Of a stretch of 64,000 nt of DNA, positions 36,562-46,507 are shown piece after piece; positions within the stretch are counted from its first letter, which is position 1; each line of letters starts with the position of its first letter. The stretch is taken from positions 32,001-96,000 of the forward strand of contig CAWDVE010000013.1 in NCBI GenBank assembly GCA_963805625.1. Direction: 5' to 3'. This DNA is from an uncultured Candidatus Rokubacteria bacterium. GTDB taxonomy: Bacteria; Methylomirabilota; Methylomirabilia; Rokubacteriales; DASRDR01. The position numbers and the translations under genes were made by a program. The notes beneath the pieces are model-generated. The model saw only the letters and a program-made list of their open reading frames with translations, was not told where the DNA came from and did not search any database.

Positions 36562-38649
36562 ATGGCTTACCGCGTCGGCTCGGACATCGGCGGGACGTTC
36601 ACCGACCTCATCCTCGCAAGCGAGGACGGCCAGACCTTCCAGGTCGGCAAGGTGCTCACCACCCCCGACCGGCCCGACGACGCCGTCGTCGCAGGGATCG
36701 AGGCGGTCCTCGGCGCGGCGCGCGTGCCGGCCGGCCGGGTGTCGCACGTCCTCCACGGCACCACCCTCTTCACGAACGCCATCATCGAGCGGAAGGGCGC
36801 CCGGACCGCGCTCGTCACGACCAAGGGCTTCCGCGACGCGGTCGAGATCGCCCGCGAGCACCGCTACGACATGTACGACCTTTACATGCAGCGGCCGCGG
36901 CCGATCGCGCCACGCCACCTCCGCTTCGAGCTCGACGAGCGGATGCTGGTCGACGGCACCGTGAGGAAGCCGGTCGACCCCGACGAGGTGCGGCGCCTGG
37001 CGGACCGGCTGCGATCGGCGGGGATCGAGGCGATCGGCGTGTGCCTGCTCCATGCGTACGCAAACCCCGCCCACGAGCGCCTGGTGGGGACGATCCTGCG
37101 GGAGGCACTCCCGGATGTCGCGGTCACGCTGTCGAGCGAGCTGGTCCCGGAGATCAGGGAGTACGAGCGCACGTCGACCACGCTTGCCAACGTGTACGTC
37201 CAGCGTCTGGCCCAGCGCTACCTGGGGCGGCTGGGTGACCGGCTGCGCGGGGCCGGCGTCGGCGGGGGCCTCTTCATCATGCAGTCCAATGGCGGGCTCT
37301 GTGAGGCGGAGACGGGCGGCCGGTACCCCGTCCGCCTGATCGAGTCGGGCCCCGCGGCCGGCGCCCTCGCCGCCGCGCACTACGGCGCGCTCCTCGGCCA
37401 CAAGGACCTCCTGTCGTTCGACATGGGCGGCACCACCGCCAAGGCGTGCGTCATCGCCGGCGGCGAGCCGCTCGTCTCCCCCGAGTTCGAGATCGACCGC
37501 CGCTATCACTTCAAGAAGGGCAGCGGCCTCCCGATCAAGGTTCCGGTGATCGAGATGATCGAGATCGGCACCGGCGGGGGCTCGATCGCCCGGGTCGACG
37601 CGCTCCGCCGGCTCCTCGTCGGGCCGGAGAGCGCCGGGGCGCGCCCCGGACCGGTGGCCTACGGTCTCGGCGGCACGGAGCCGACCGTGACCGACGCCGA
37701 CCTCGTGCTCGGTTATCTCGACCCCGACTTCTTTCTCGGCGGTCAGATGCGGCTCGACCGGGACGCCGCCCGCCACGCGATCGCCGAGCGGGTCGGGCGG
37801 CCGCTCGGCCTCGGTCCCGTGGAGACCGCCTGGGGCATCCACCAGCTCGCCAACGAGAGCATGGCGAGCGCCGCGCGCATCCACGCGATCGAGCGCGGCA
37901 AGGACGTCGAGCGCTTCCCCATCTTTGCCTTCGGGGGTGCCGGGCCCGTGCACGCCTTCGGCGTGGCCCGCATCCTCCGGAGTCCGACCGTGATCTACCC
38001 GCTGGGCGCCGGCGTCATGTCGGCGGTCGGCTTCCTCGTGGCGCCCCTGTCGTTCGACTTCGTCCGGACGCTCCCCGGCGCCCTGGACACGCTCGACTGG
38101 GATGCCGTCGCGCGGGCGGTCGCCGACATGGAGGCCGAGGGCCGCGCCGTCCTCGGCCAGACGATCCCCGCCGACCAGGTTCGCTTCCGTCGCTTCGCCG
38201 ACATGCGATACCGGAAGCAGGGCTACGAGATCCGCGTGCCCCTCCCCGGCGGGTCGCTCGACGCCTCCCGGCGTGACGAGATCCACCGGAGCTTCGAGGG
38301 CGCGTACCGCGCGATCTACGGCCACACCGTCCGGGATGCGCCGATCGAGGCGGTCTCGTGGCGGGTGGTCGCCCAGGGCCCCCGGCCGACGCTCCGGCTC
38401 CCGACGAGCGCCGGCGCGAGCCGTGACCCGAGGGACGCCCGAAAGGGCATGCGGCGCGTCTACCTCCCCGATGCGCGGGGATACGGGGACGTCCCGGTCT
38501 ACGATCGCTACGCGCTGGGCGCCAGCGCCACGCTGGAGGGACCGGCGGTGATCGAGGAGCGCGAGTCCACAGTCGTGGTCAGCGCGACGGCCCGGATCCG
38601 GGTAGACGACGCCTCGAACGTGATCGTGGAGGTCCCGCCGGTCGCCTAA
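36562..38649 (+). CDS. hydantoinase A/oxoprolinase family protein
   Basis: DIGGTFTD, HGTT, EYERTSTT, SGPAAG, DMGGTT, GPESAGA.PGP. Confidence 0.93.
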   Translation: MAYRVGSDIGGTFTDLILASEDGQTFQVGKVLTTPDRPDDAVVAGIEAVLGAARVPAGRVSHVLHGTTLFTNAIIERKGARTALVTTKGFRDAVEIAREHRYDMYDLYMQRPRPIAPRHLRFELDERMLVDGTVRKPVDPDEVRRLADRLRSAGIEAIGVCLLHAYANPAHERLVGTILREALPDVAVTLSSELVPEIREYERTSTTLANVYVQRLAQRYLGRLGDRLRGAGVGGGLFIMQSNGGLCEAETGGRYPVRLIESGPAAGALAAAHYGALLGHKDLLSFDMGGTTAKACVIAGGEPLVSPEFEIDRRYHFKKGSGLPIKVPVIEMIEIGTGGGSIARVDALRRLLVGPESAGARPGPVAYGLGGTEPTVTDADLVLGYLDPDFFLGGQMRLDRDAARHAIAERVGRPLGLGPVETAWGIHQLANESMASAARIHAIERGKDVERFPIFAFGGAGPVHAFGVARILRSPTVIYPLGAGVMSAVGFLVAPLSFDFVRTLPGALDTLDWDAVARAVADMEAEGRAVLGQTIPADQVRFRRFADMRYRKQGYEIRVPLPGGSLDASRRDEIHRSFEGAYRAIYGHTVRDAPIEAVSWRVVAQGPRPTLRLPTSAGASRDPRDARKGMRRVYLPDARGYGDVPVYDRYALGASATLEGPAVIEERESTVVVSATARIRVDDASNVIVEVPPVA

Positions 38650-38672
38650 GGGCCTCCTGGAGCGAAGCCGCC

Positions 38673-40370
38673 ATGGAACAGATCACTCTCGACATCCTGT
38701 GGAGCCGGCTCGTCGCCACCGTCAACGAGCAGGCCGCAGCGCTCATGCGCTCGTCGTTCACGTCCATCGTCCGCGAGTCGGGAGACCTCTCCGCGGGCGT
38801 CTTCGACCGCCGGGGGCGGATGGTCGCCCAGGCCGTCACCGGGACGCCGGGCCACATCAACTCGATGGCGACTGGGATGATCCACTTCCTCGAGCGCTTC
38901 CCGGTCGACACGCTCAAGCCGGGGGACGTCCTCGCCACCAACGATCCCTGGAAGACCGCTTCCCAGCTGAACGACATCACCGTGGCCACGCCGGTCTTCA
39001 GGCGCGGCCGCGTCGTCGCCCTCTTCGCCAACACCTGCCACGCCCTCGACATCGGCGGGCGCGGCCTCTCGGCCGACGCCCGCTCCGTGTTCGAGGAAGG
39101 CCTCGCGATCCCGATGATGAAGCTCCACGACGCCGGACGCCCCGTCGAGCCGCTCTACGAGCTGATCGCCGCCAACGTGCGCACGCCCGAGGAGGTCCTG
39201 GGCGACCTCCACTCCCAGGTCGTCGGCAACGAGGTCGGCGCGCGGCAGCTCACGCGCTTCCTCGACGAGTTCGGGCTCGACGACATCGAGGCCCTGGCCG
39301 ACGAGATCATCGCGCGCTCGGAGCGGGCGATGCGGGAGCGGATCGCCGCCCTCCCCGACGGCGAGTACCGCTATGGGCTCACCATCGACGGCTTCGAGCA
39401 CCCGATCGAGATCCGCGCGGCCGTCCGGATCCACGGCGACGAGCTGACGGTCGACTTCGCCGGCAGCTCGGGCCCGGTCCCGCTCGGCGTCAACGTGGCG
39501 CTGAACTACACCCGGGCCTACACCACCTACGGCATCAAGTGCGTCATCTCGCCCGACGTGCCGAACAACGAGGGGAGCTTCCGCCCGGTGCACGTGACGG
39601 CGCCGGAGGGCTCGATCCTGAACGCGCGCTTCCCGGCCGCCGTGGCGGGCCGCCACCTCGTCGGCCACTTCCTGCCCTCGGCGGTCATGGGCGCGCTCGC
39701 CCAGGCCCTGCCGAACCGGGTCATGGCGCCGGGCTTCGACGGGCTCTGGGACACGCAGATCACGGGCGTCCAGCGCGGGACGGGCCGCCACTTCTCGTTC
39801 ACCTGGTTCTCGGCGGGAGGCACGGGCGCCCTCCGCGGCCAGGACGGGCTCTCGGCCACGGCCTATCCGAGCGGCGTCGCCGGCGTGGCGGCCGAGGTGA
39901 TCGAGACGCTGGCGCCGGTCGTCCTCCGGCGGCGGGAGCTCCGGCCCGACTCGGGCGGCGCCGGGACCTTCCGCGGTGGCCTCGGCCAGGTGATGGAGAT
40001 CGAGGTCCTGACCGACGAGCCCTACGTCTTCTCCGGGCTCTACGAGCGTACGCGTCACGCCGCGCCGGGTCTCCAGGGCGGCGGCCCTGGCGCCTGCGGC
40101 CACATCGCGACCAGCAACGGCGTCCCGCTGCCGCCGAAGATCAGCACGCTCGTGCCCCCCGACACCGTGGTGACGGTCGAGCTGCCGGGGGGCGGCGGCT
40201 ATGGCCCGCCTGCGGGGCGCGATCCGCAGCGCGTCCTGGAGGACGTCCGCGAAGAATACGTCTCGCTCAAGCGCGCGCGCGAGGAGTACGGCGTCGCGGT
40301 CGACCCGGTCACGGGGGCGGTGCTGACGGACGAGACCGCAAAGCTCCGCGCCGCGATGCCGGGCGGCTAG
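38673..40370 (+). CDS. hydantoinase B/oxoprolinase family protein
   Basis: SFTSIVRESGD, NDPW, HALDIGG, DSGGAG.FRGG, PGGGGYG. Confidence 0.93.
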   Translation: MEQITLDILWSRLVATVNEQAAALMRSSFTSIVRESGDLSAGVFDRRGRMVAQAVTGTPGHINSMATGMIHFLERFPVDTLKPGDVLATNDPWKTASQLNDITVATPVFRRGRVVALFANTCHALDIGGRGLSADARSVFEEGLAIPMMKLHDAGRPVEPLYELIAANVRTPEEVLGDLHSQVVGNEVGARQLTRFLDEFGLDDIEALADEIIARSERAMRERIAALPDGEYRYGLTIDGFEHPIEIRAAVRIHGDELTVDFAGSSGPVPLGVNVALNYTRAYTTYGIKCVISPDVPNNEGSFRPVHVTAPEGSILNARFPAAVAGRHLVGHFLPSAVMGALAQALPNRVMAPGFDGLWDTQITGVQRGTGRHFSFTWFSAGGTGALRGQDGLSATAYPSGVAGVAAEVIETLAPVVLRRRELRPDSGGAGTFRGGLGQVMEIEVLTDEPYVFSGLYERTRHAAPGLQGGGPGACGHIATSNGVPLPPKISTLVPPDTVVTVELPGGGGYGPPAGRDPQRVLEDVREEYVSLKRAREEYGVAVDPVTGAVLTDETAKLRAAMPGG

Positions 40371-40382
40371 CGCCGCTGCTGG

Positions 40383-41342
40383 TCAGCGGGCTGCCAAGCG
40401 CGCCACCAGGGGCGCCGCTCGATCGAGCTGCCGGTCCGAGACGACGTAGTAGGAGAAGCCGTAGCGCGCGCGGCGCTCCTCCATCTGATCGGCGATCTCG
40501 CTCACCGAGCCGATGAAGACGGACGGCATGGCGAGCACGTCGGACGGGGTGACGCCGCTCCAGCCGCGGCCGACGATGAGATCCGACGCGGCGCGCTCAC
40601 GATTCTCCTCGAACAGGAGGGTCGGGATGAGGCTGAGCTCAATGTCGGGAAAGCGCGCGCCGGCGCCCTCCCGTACCCACGCGAGCTTCTGGGCGACCGT
40701 GTCGGCAAGCCGCTCGGACGCGTCGTCCACCACGGTGCCGGTGGCGACGGAGGTCGTCAGGATGCCGACGATGTCGGCCAGGCGCCCGGCCAGCGTCAGC
40801 ACGCGGCGCCGGCCGCCGCCGATGAGAATGGGCGGACGCGGGCGCTGGGCCGGCTTGGGATGGCCGTCCAGCGAGGCGACCGTGTAGTGCTTGCCGGTGA
40901 ACGAGAACGGACCCGCGCCGAACAGGCCGTCGAGGATCCGGACCGTCTCCTCCAGACGATCGATCCGGGTGCCGGCCGAATCGAACGTGAAACCGGCCGT
41001 GTCGTATTCGCGGCGGAGCCAGCCGGCGCCGAGCCCAAGCTCGAGGCGGCCGCCGGACAGGAGGTCCAGCGTCGCGGCCTCCTTGGCGAGCATCACCGGA
41101 TGGCGATAGTCGACCGCGAGCACCATGGTCCCGAGCCGAAGGTGCATGCTCAGGGCCGCCGCATTGGCCAGGGCAACCAGAGGCGCCGGCTGGTCCCCGA
41201 AGAAGTCCGGCACGAAGTGATCGCGGATCAGGAACGTGGAGAAGCCCACGTCCTCGATTCGCCGGAGGTGGCTCGCCCACGTCGTGGGTGACTGAGGCTC
41301 CTCGTGGATGACCCCGAAGCGGAAAGGCCGGGGACTCAGCAT
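40383..41342 (-). CDS. LLM-class (probably F420-dependent) oxidoreductase
   Basis: RPFRFG, DHF, RHPVMLAKEAATLDLLSGGRLELGLGAGW. Confidence 0.88.
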   Translation of the reverse strand: MLSPRPFRFGVIHEEPQSPTTWASHLRRIEDVGFSTFLIRDHFVPDFFGDQPAPLVALANAAALSMHLRLGTMVLAVDYRHPVMLAKEAATLDLLSGGRLELGLGAGWLRREYDTAGFTFDSAGTRIDRLEETVRILDGLFGAGPFSFTGKHYTVASLDGHPKPAQRPRPPILIGGGRRRVLTLAGRLADIVGILTTSVATGTVVDDASERLADTVAQKLAWVREGAGARFPDIELSLIPTLLFEENRERAASDLIVGRGWSGVTPSDVLAMPSVFIGSVSEIADQMEERRARYGFSYYVVSDRQLDRAAPLVARLAAR

Positions 41343-41380
41343 CGGGCGCGGCCTCCCTACGTGTCAGGATTCAAAACGTA

Positions 41381-41740
41381 CTAGGAAGCCGCGGCCCGGC
41401 CGGCCGGTCCCGAGTATTCTTCCGGCCGCGGGACGAAGACGATCCGCACCCCCGTACCCTCTTGTCCCAGTGCCTGCTGCGCGATCTCGGTCAGGCGACC
41501 GGCGATGGCGAGGTTTCGCGGCGTCAGGCCGATCGTGACGGTCCAGGGCTGGCCGCGATGCTGCGCAACGGTCGGGGCAACGATCGCCCCCAGCACGCCG
41601 TGAACAGCCTCCGTGACCTTGACCTCCGCGACCACCCGGGCGAGCCGGCGCCGATCGACCCTGTCGACCAGGTGCCCCAGGATGGAGGCGAGGAGCATGG
41701 CCCACCCGAGCAGCGAGACCAGCGCGACCGCGGTCAGCAT
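41381..41740 (-). CDS. hypothetical membrane-anchored protein
   Basis: N-terminal TM; GC-type codon usage; start overlaps the end of the upstream ORF. Confidence 0.6.
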   Translation of the reverse strand: MLTAVALVSLLGWAMLLASILGHLVDRVDRRRLARVVAEVKVTEAVHGVLGAIVAPTVAQHRGQPWTVTIGLTPRNLAIAGRLTEIAQQALGQEGTGVRIVFVPRPEEYSGPAGRAAAS

Positions 41741-42024
41741 CGGAGCCGCCACCAGGCCTGCCGGGCGACCAGCGCGTGATCCGCGGGCCGATCGAGCCCG
41801 AGGCTTCTCCCGGCGGCCGGCGACACGGTGGCCGTCGCCACATCCCCCCCGACCCCCGCGGCGCGAGACCGGAGGCTACCCAGCCACCCGGCAATCCTGA
41901 GCCCCGCCTGCACCGCTCCGGCAACCAGCAGCGAGGCGACGACGGCGCCGATGGTCGTCACCACCCCGAACAGGACGAACCCAAGGACACCGACGATCCG
42001 AAGTTCCGTCAGGCTCATGTCCAT
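41734..42024 (-). CDS. small hypothetical membrane protein
   Basis: SD GGAGGAGG before ATG; long hydrophobic segment. Confidence 0.55.
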   Translation of the reverse strand: MDMSLTELRIVGVLGFVLFGVVTTIGAVVASLLVAGAVQAGLRIAGWLGSLRSRAAGVGGDVATATVSPAAGRSLGLDRPADHALVARQAWWRLRC

Positions 42025-42075
42025 CACCCTCCTCCGCCTCCTGGGACACCGGAGGAGAGCGTTCGTGAAAGAGGG

Positions 42076-42103
42076 AGACGGTTGCGCGCGTCGCTCAGGT
42101 TGC
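42076..42103 (-). promoter_or_regulatory. candidate ECF-sigma promoter
   Basis: GCAACC-17 nt-CGTCT. Confidence 0.4.
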
Positions 42104-42184
42104 GACAGGATCGGGGCCGACCGAGGCGCCGGTCGGTCCCCGGCAAGTCCTCCCGGGGCCACCACGCGGTCCCGGGGGGAACCG

Positions 42185-43882
42185 TCAGACGCGCCCCGGC
42201 GCCTTCTCGATCTTGGCCCAGGTATCCCGGAGGCCGACCGTGCGGTTCACGACCAGCCGCTCGGCCGTCGTGTCGGGATCGACGGAGAAGTAGCCCAGCC
42301 GCTCGAACTGGAACCGGGCGCCGGGCGCGGCGCCGCGGAGGCTCGGCTCCACGCGGGCGTCGGGCACGACCTCCATCGACGCGGGGTTGAGGAGCGCCGT
42401 GAAGTCCTGGCCCTCCGCCTCGTCCCCGGGATTCGGATGCGTGAACAGTCGATCGTAGAGGCGCGCCTCCGCGGTCTCCGCATGCGGCGCCGAGACCCAG
42501 TGGATGGTGCCCTTGACGCGCCGGCCCTCGCCGGCGCTCCCGCCGCGGCTCGCGGGGTCGTAGGTGCACCGCACCTCGACGATCTCGCCGGTGCGCTCGT
42601 CCTTCACCACCCCTGTGCAGCGGACGACGTACGCGTAGCGGAGACGCACCTCGTTGCCCGGGAAGAGCCGGAAGTACTTGGGCGGCGGCACTTCGCGCAC
42701 GTCGTCCCGCTCGATCCAGAGGACGCGCGAGAAGGGTACCTTGCGGACGCCCATCGCCGGGTCTTCCGGGTTGTTGACGGCCTCGAGCTCCTCCACCTGC
42801 CGCTCGGGGTAGTTCTCGATCACGAGCCGGACCGGCCGTAGCACCGCCATGACCCGCGCCGCGCGACGGTTCAGATCCTCCCGGATGCAGTGCTCGAGGA
42901 GCGCCAGGTCGACCACGCTGTTGGCCTTGGCGACGCCGATGCGCTCGGAAAAGTCGCGGATCGCCTCCGGCGTGTAGCCCCGGCGGCGGAGGCCGGCAAG
43001 GGTGGGCATCCGGGGGTCATCCCAGCCCCGGACGTGCCCCTCCTGGACCAGTCGGAGCAGCCGGCGCTTGCTCATCACCGTATAGCCGAGGTTCAGGCGC
43101 GCGAACTCGATCTGCTGCGGGTGGTAGATCTCGAGCGCCTCACACAGCCAGTCGTAGAGCGGCCGGTGGTCCTCGTACTCGAGGCTGCAGAGTGAGTGCG
43201 TGATCCGCTCGATCGAGTCCGACAGGGGGTGCGCGTAATCGTACATGGGATAGATGCACCAGCGCTCGCCGGTCCGGTGGTGGGCCACGTGCCGGATCCG
43301 GTAGAGGGTCGGGTCGCGCAGGTTCATGTTGGGCGAGGCCATGTCGATCTTGGCTCGCAGGACCCGCGCCCCATCCGGGAACTCGCCCGCGCGCATCCGG
43401 CGGAACAGGTCGAGGTTCTCCTCCACCGACCGGTCCCGGTAGGGGCTGTTCCGGCCGGGCTCGGTGAGGGTGCCGCGGTGCCCCCGGATCTCCTCGGCGG
43501 AGAGATCATCGACGTATGCGAGGCCGCGGCGGATCAGCTCCTCCGCCCACTGGTAGAGCCGTTCGAAGTAGTCGGACGCGAAGTAGAGATGCGGACCCCA
43601 GTCGTAGCCGAGCCAGCGTACGTCCTCCTGGATCGCGTCGACGTACTCGACCTCCTCCTTGGCGGGATTGGTGTCGTCGAACCGGAGGTGGCAGGTCCCG
43701 CCGAACTCCCGGGCGAGGCCGAAGTCGATCGAGATCGCCTTGGCGTGCCCGATGTGGAGATAGCCATTGGGCTCAGGCGGAAATCGCGTGACGACGCGCC
43801 CGCCCCAGCGCCCCGCCCGCGTGTCTTCCTGGATGGCGGCGCGGATGAAGTTGGGCGGTGGTCCCGTCTCGGGTATCGACAT
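42185..43882 (-). CDS. glnS: glutamine--tRNA ligase
   Basis: [46 protein letters not shown]. Confidence 0.96.
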   Translation of the reverse strand: MSIPETGPPPNFIRAAIQEDTRAGRWGGRVVTRFPPEPNGYLHIGHAKAISIDFGLAREFGGTCHLRFDDTNPAKEEVEYVDAIQEDVRWLGYDWGPHLYFASDYFERLYQWAEELIRRGLAYVDDLSAEEIRGHRGTLTEPGRNSPYRDRSVEENLDLFRRMRAGEFPDGARVLRAKIDMASPNMNLRDPTLYRIRHVAHHRTGERWCIYPMYDYAHPLSDSIERITHSLCSLEYEDHRPLYDWLCEALEIYHPQQIEFARLNLGYTVMSKRRLLRLVQEGHVRGWDDPRMPTLAGLRRRGYTPEAIRDFSERIGVAKANSVVDLALLEHCIREDLNRRAARVMAVLRPVRLVIENYPERQVEELEAVNNPEDPAMGVRKVPFSRVLWIERDDVREVPPPKYFRLFPGNEVRLRYAYVVRCTGVVKDERTGEIVEVRCTYDPASRGGSAGEGRRVKGTIHWVSAPHAETAEARLYDRLFTHPNPGDEAEGQDFTALLNPASMEVVPDARVEPSLRGAAPGARFQFERLGYFSVDPDTTAERLVVNRTVGLRDTWAKIEKAPGRV

Positions 43883-44062
43883 GGTGTTGGCGCTCGTCCG
43901 CTCGGGATTCGAGACTCCCATCACAGGCGCGCGCGTCTCCCATGATACCGCGACTCACGAAAAGCTTGGGCCTCTGGCCGCCCCTGAGGCAGCATGGGAT
44001 TCGGAAGGCCCCGCGCGCCCTCCGGTGACGGCCGGGCCTCGATTCTTCCGGGAGGGGAAGCC

Positions 44063-44776
44063 ATGCGAAGCAAGAGTTGGCACTGTTTCTGTCTCGCCAT
44101 CCTGGCTGCGCTCGTCATCGGCGCGGTGCGCGCGGACGCCCAGAGCCCGGAGTTCGCCGCGAGCTTCGCACGGGCGACGACAGCGCTCTACCAGATGATC
44201 AACGTCCCCGACGGGAAGGGCATCTCGCGCGAGGCCCTGGCCAAGGCGCACGGGGTGGCCGTGTTCCCGGAGGTCGTGAAGGGCGCGCTCCTGATCGGGG
44301 GCACCGCCGGTGACGGCGTCGTGACGGTGCGCCGGCCGGACGGCTCCTGGAGTCCGCCCGCGATCATCCGGATGGCCGGCGGGAGCCTCGGCTTCCAGAT
44401 CGGCGCCGAGATCACGGACGTCGTGCTCCTGATCATGACCCCGAAGGGTCTCCAGGGGCTCCTCTCGAGCGAGTTCACGATCGGCGCGGACATGTCCGCG
44501 ACGGCCGGACCCACCGGGCACCGAGAGGAGCTGTCGACGGACCTCAAGTTCACGACCGACTTGGTGACGTACTCGCGCACCAGGGGCCTCTTCGCGGGCC
44601 TATCGCTGGCAGGAGCGAGCGTGCGCGCCCGGGACGACTGGAACCAGTCGCTCTACGGACGAGGCTACACGATCCACGAGATCCTGCTCGGCACCCAGCT
44701 ACCGGTGCCGCAGGTCGCGCAGGGATTCATCCAGACGGTCGCCGCGTCCACCGGCCCCGCCATCAGCCAGCAGTAG
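44063..44776 (+). CDS. lipid-binding SYLF (Ysc84) domain protein
   Basis: signal peptide, WSPPA, GGSLGFQIG, YSRTRGLFAG. Confidence 0.9.
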   Translation: MRSKSWHCFCLAILAALVIGAVRADAQSPEFAASFARATTALYQMINVPDGKGISREALAKAHGVAVFPEVVKGALLIGGTAGDGVVTVRRPDGSWSPPAIIRMAGGSLGFQIGAEITDVVLLIMTPKGLQGLLSSEFTIGADMSATAGPTGHREELSTDLKFTTDLVTYSRTRGLFAGLSLAGASVRARDDWNQSLYGRGYTIHEILLGTQLPVPQVAQGFIQTVAASTGPAISQQ

Positions 44777-44815
44777 CGGCCCCGTCCTTCGCGTTTGGCG
44801 CGCTCCGGCGCGCTC

Positions 44816-44842
44816 GGGCGGCCCCGGAATCCGGGGCCGCCC
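44816..44842. terminator. 12-bp GC hairpin after SYLF gene
   Basis: GGGCGGCCCCGG-aat-CCGGGGCCGCCC; no U-tract. Confidence 0.45.
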
Positions 44843-44901
44843 ACTCGATCTCACCCGGCTTGACCCGATTCCGCAGCGAAACGCGGTGTATCCTGCTTCA
44901 C

Positions 44902-46041
44902 GTGATCGACGCCGATGCCTTCCTCGAGCCGGCGCGCGCCCGGGGCTTCGGTTTCTACGCGGGCGTCCCTTGCTCGTTCCTGACCCCGGTCATCAACCGG
45001 GTCATCAGCGACCCCACGCTCGAGTACGTGGGCGCGACGAGCGAGGGCGAGGCGGTCGCCATCGCGGCGGGCGCCTGGCTGGCCGGCAGGAAGACCGTCG
45101 TGATGTGCCAGAACTCGGGCCTGGGGAATGCAGTCAACCCGCTCACCTCGCTCAGCTTCCCGTTCCGCATCCCGACCCTGCTGGTGGTCACGTGGCGGGG
45201 CCAGCCGGGAATCCACGACGAGCCGCAGCACGAGCTGATGGGCCAGATCACTGGCAGCCTGCTGGACGCCATGCGGATCCCCCGTCGCCCGTTCCCGGCA
45301 GCGCCCGAGGACGTGGAGCCGGCCCTCGCACAGGCCGAGGCGGCGATGGACCGGTCGGAGCTGCCGTTCGGGCTCGTGATGGCGAAGGACACCGTCCGCG
45401 ACGGCGGCCTCGACGAGAAGCCGCCCGACCCCAGGCTCCCCGGCGCCCGCCGGGATCTCCGGGAGCACGGCCCCCGCCCTGCCCGGGTCGAGATGCTGCA
45501 GCGCTTTCTCGCCGTCGTCGCCGACACGGCCGCCGTCATCGCCACCACCGGGAAGTGCGGCCGTGAGCTCTTCACCCTGGCCGACCGGCCGCAGCACCTC
45601 TACCAGGTCGGCTCGATGGGTGGCGCCAGCGCAATGGGTCTCGGCGTCGCCCTCCACACGCCGCGCCCGGTGGTCGTCCTCGACGGTGACGGTGCCGCGC
45701 TCATGAAACTCGGCAACCTCGCCACCATCGGAAGCCGCGCTCCGGCCAACCTCGTCCACGTCGTGCTCGACAACGGTGTCCACGCCTCGACGGGCGGCCA
45801 GGCCACGGTGTCGGCCAACGTGGACTTCGCGGCCGTCGCCCTCGCGTGTGGCTACGCGAGCGGCGCGAGCTGTGACAGCTTGCGCGGGTTCGAGCAGACC
45901 CTGGGAGCGAGCCGCGACGCCCCGGGGCCCCACCTGATTCACGCGCGGATCGCGCCCGGATCTCTCGCGAAGCTGGGGCGCCCGACGATCACGCCTCCGG
46001 AGGTCGCGCGGCGGTTCCGTTCATTCCTCGCGGAGCCCTGA
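44902..46041 (+). CDS. aepY: phosphonopyruvate decarboxylase (fused alpha/beta)
   Basis: GVPCSFL, EGEAVAIAAG, QNSGLGNAVNPL, WRG.PG..DEPQHELMG, GSMG, DGDGA TPP motif, STGGQ. Confidence 0.88.
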   Translation: MIDADAFLEPARARGFGFYAGVPCSFLTPVINRVISDPTLEYVGATSEGEAVAIAAGAWLAGRKTVVMCQNSGLGNAVNPLTSLSFPFRIPTLLVVTWRGQPGIHDEPQHELMGQITGSLLDAMRIPRRPFPAAPEDVEPALAQAEAAMDRSELPFGLVMAKDTVRDGGLDEKPPDPRLPGARRDLREHGPRPARVEMLQRFLAVVADTAAVIATTGKCGRELFTLADRPQHLYQVGSMGGASAMGLGVALHTPRPVVVLDGDGAALMKLGNLATIGSRAPANLVHVVLDNGVHASTGGQATVSANVDFAAVALACGYASGASCDSLRGFEQTLGASRDAPGPHLIHARIAPGSLAKLGRPTITPPEVARRFRSFLAEP

Positions 46042-46061
46042 CCGGATACCGGAAGCGGACG

Positions 46062-46502
46062 ATGGAGGCGTGGGAGGCGAACCTGGTGATGAGTGCCGCG
46101 GAGATCGCGCGGATTCTCGCGGAGTGCCGGCGCATTGCGGTGCTCGGGATCAAGCCCGAGTCGCGCGCGGGCGCGCCCGCCTTCTACGTGCCCGAGTACA
46201 TGCTCCGCCAGGGCTACGACGTCGTTCCCGTCCCCGTGTACTACCCGGAGATCGTCGAGATCCTGGGGCTGCGCGTCCATCGGTCCCTCCGGGACGTGCC
46301 GGGGCCGATCGACATGGTGAACGTCTTCCGCCGCCCCCGGGACATCCCGCCCCACGTCGCGGACATCCTGGCGGTGAAGCCGCGCGTCGCGTGGTTTCAG
46401 CTCGGGATCACGCACGACGAGGCGGCCGAGACCCTGGCGCGGGCGGGAATCCGGGTCGTCCAGAACCGGTGCCTCCTGGTGGAGCACCGGCGGCTCGCGT
46501 GA
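46062..46502 (+). CDS. CoA-binding protein (YccU-like)
   Basis: IAVLG, IDMVNVFRR, WFQLGI, VVQNRC. Confidence 0.88.
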   Translation: MEAWEANLVMSAAEIARILAECRRIAVLGIKPESRAGAPAFYVPEYMLRQGYDVVPVPVYYPEIVEILGLRVHRSLRDVPGPIDMVNVFRRPRDIPPHVADILAVKPRVAWFQLGITHDEAAETLARAGIRVVQNRCLLVEHRRLA

Positions 46503-46507
46503 AGGTG

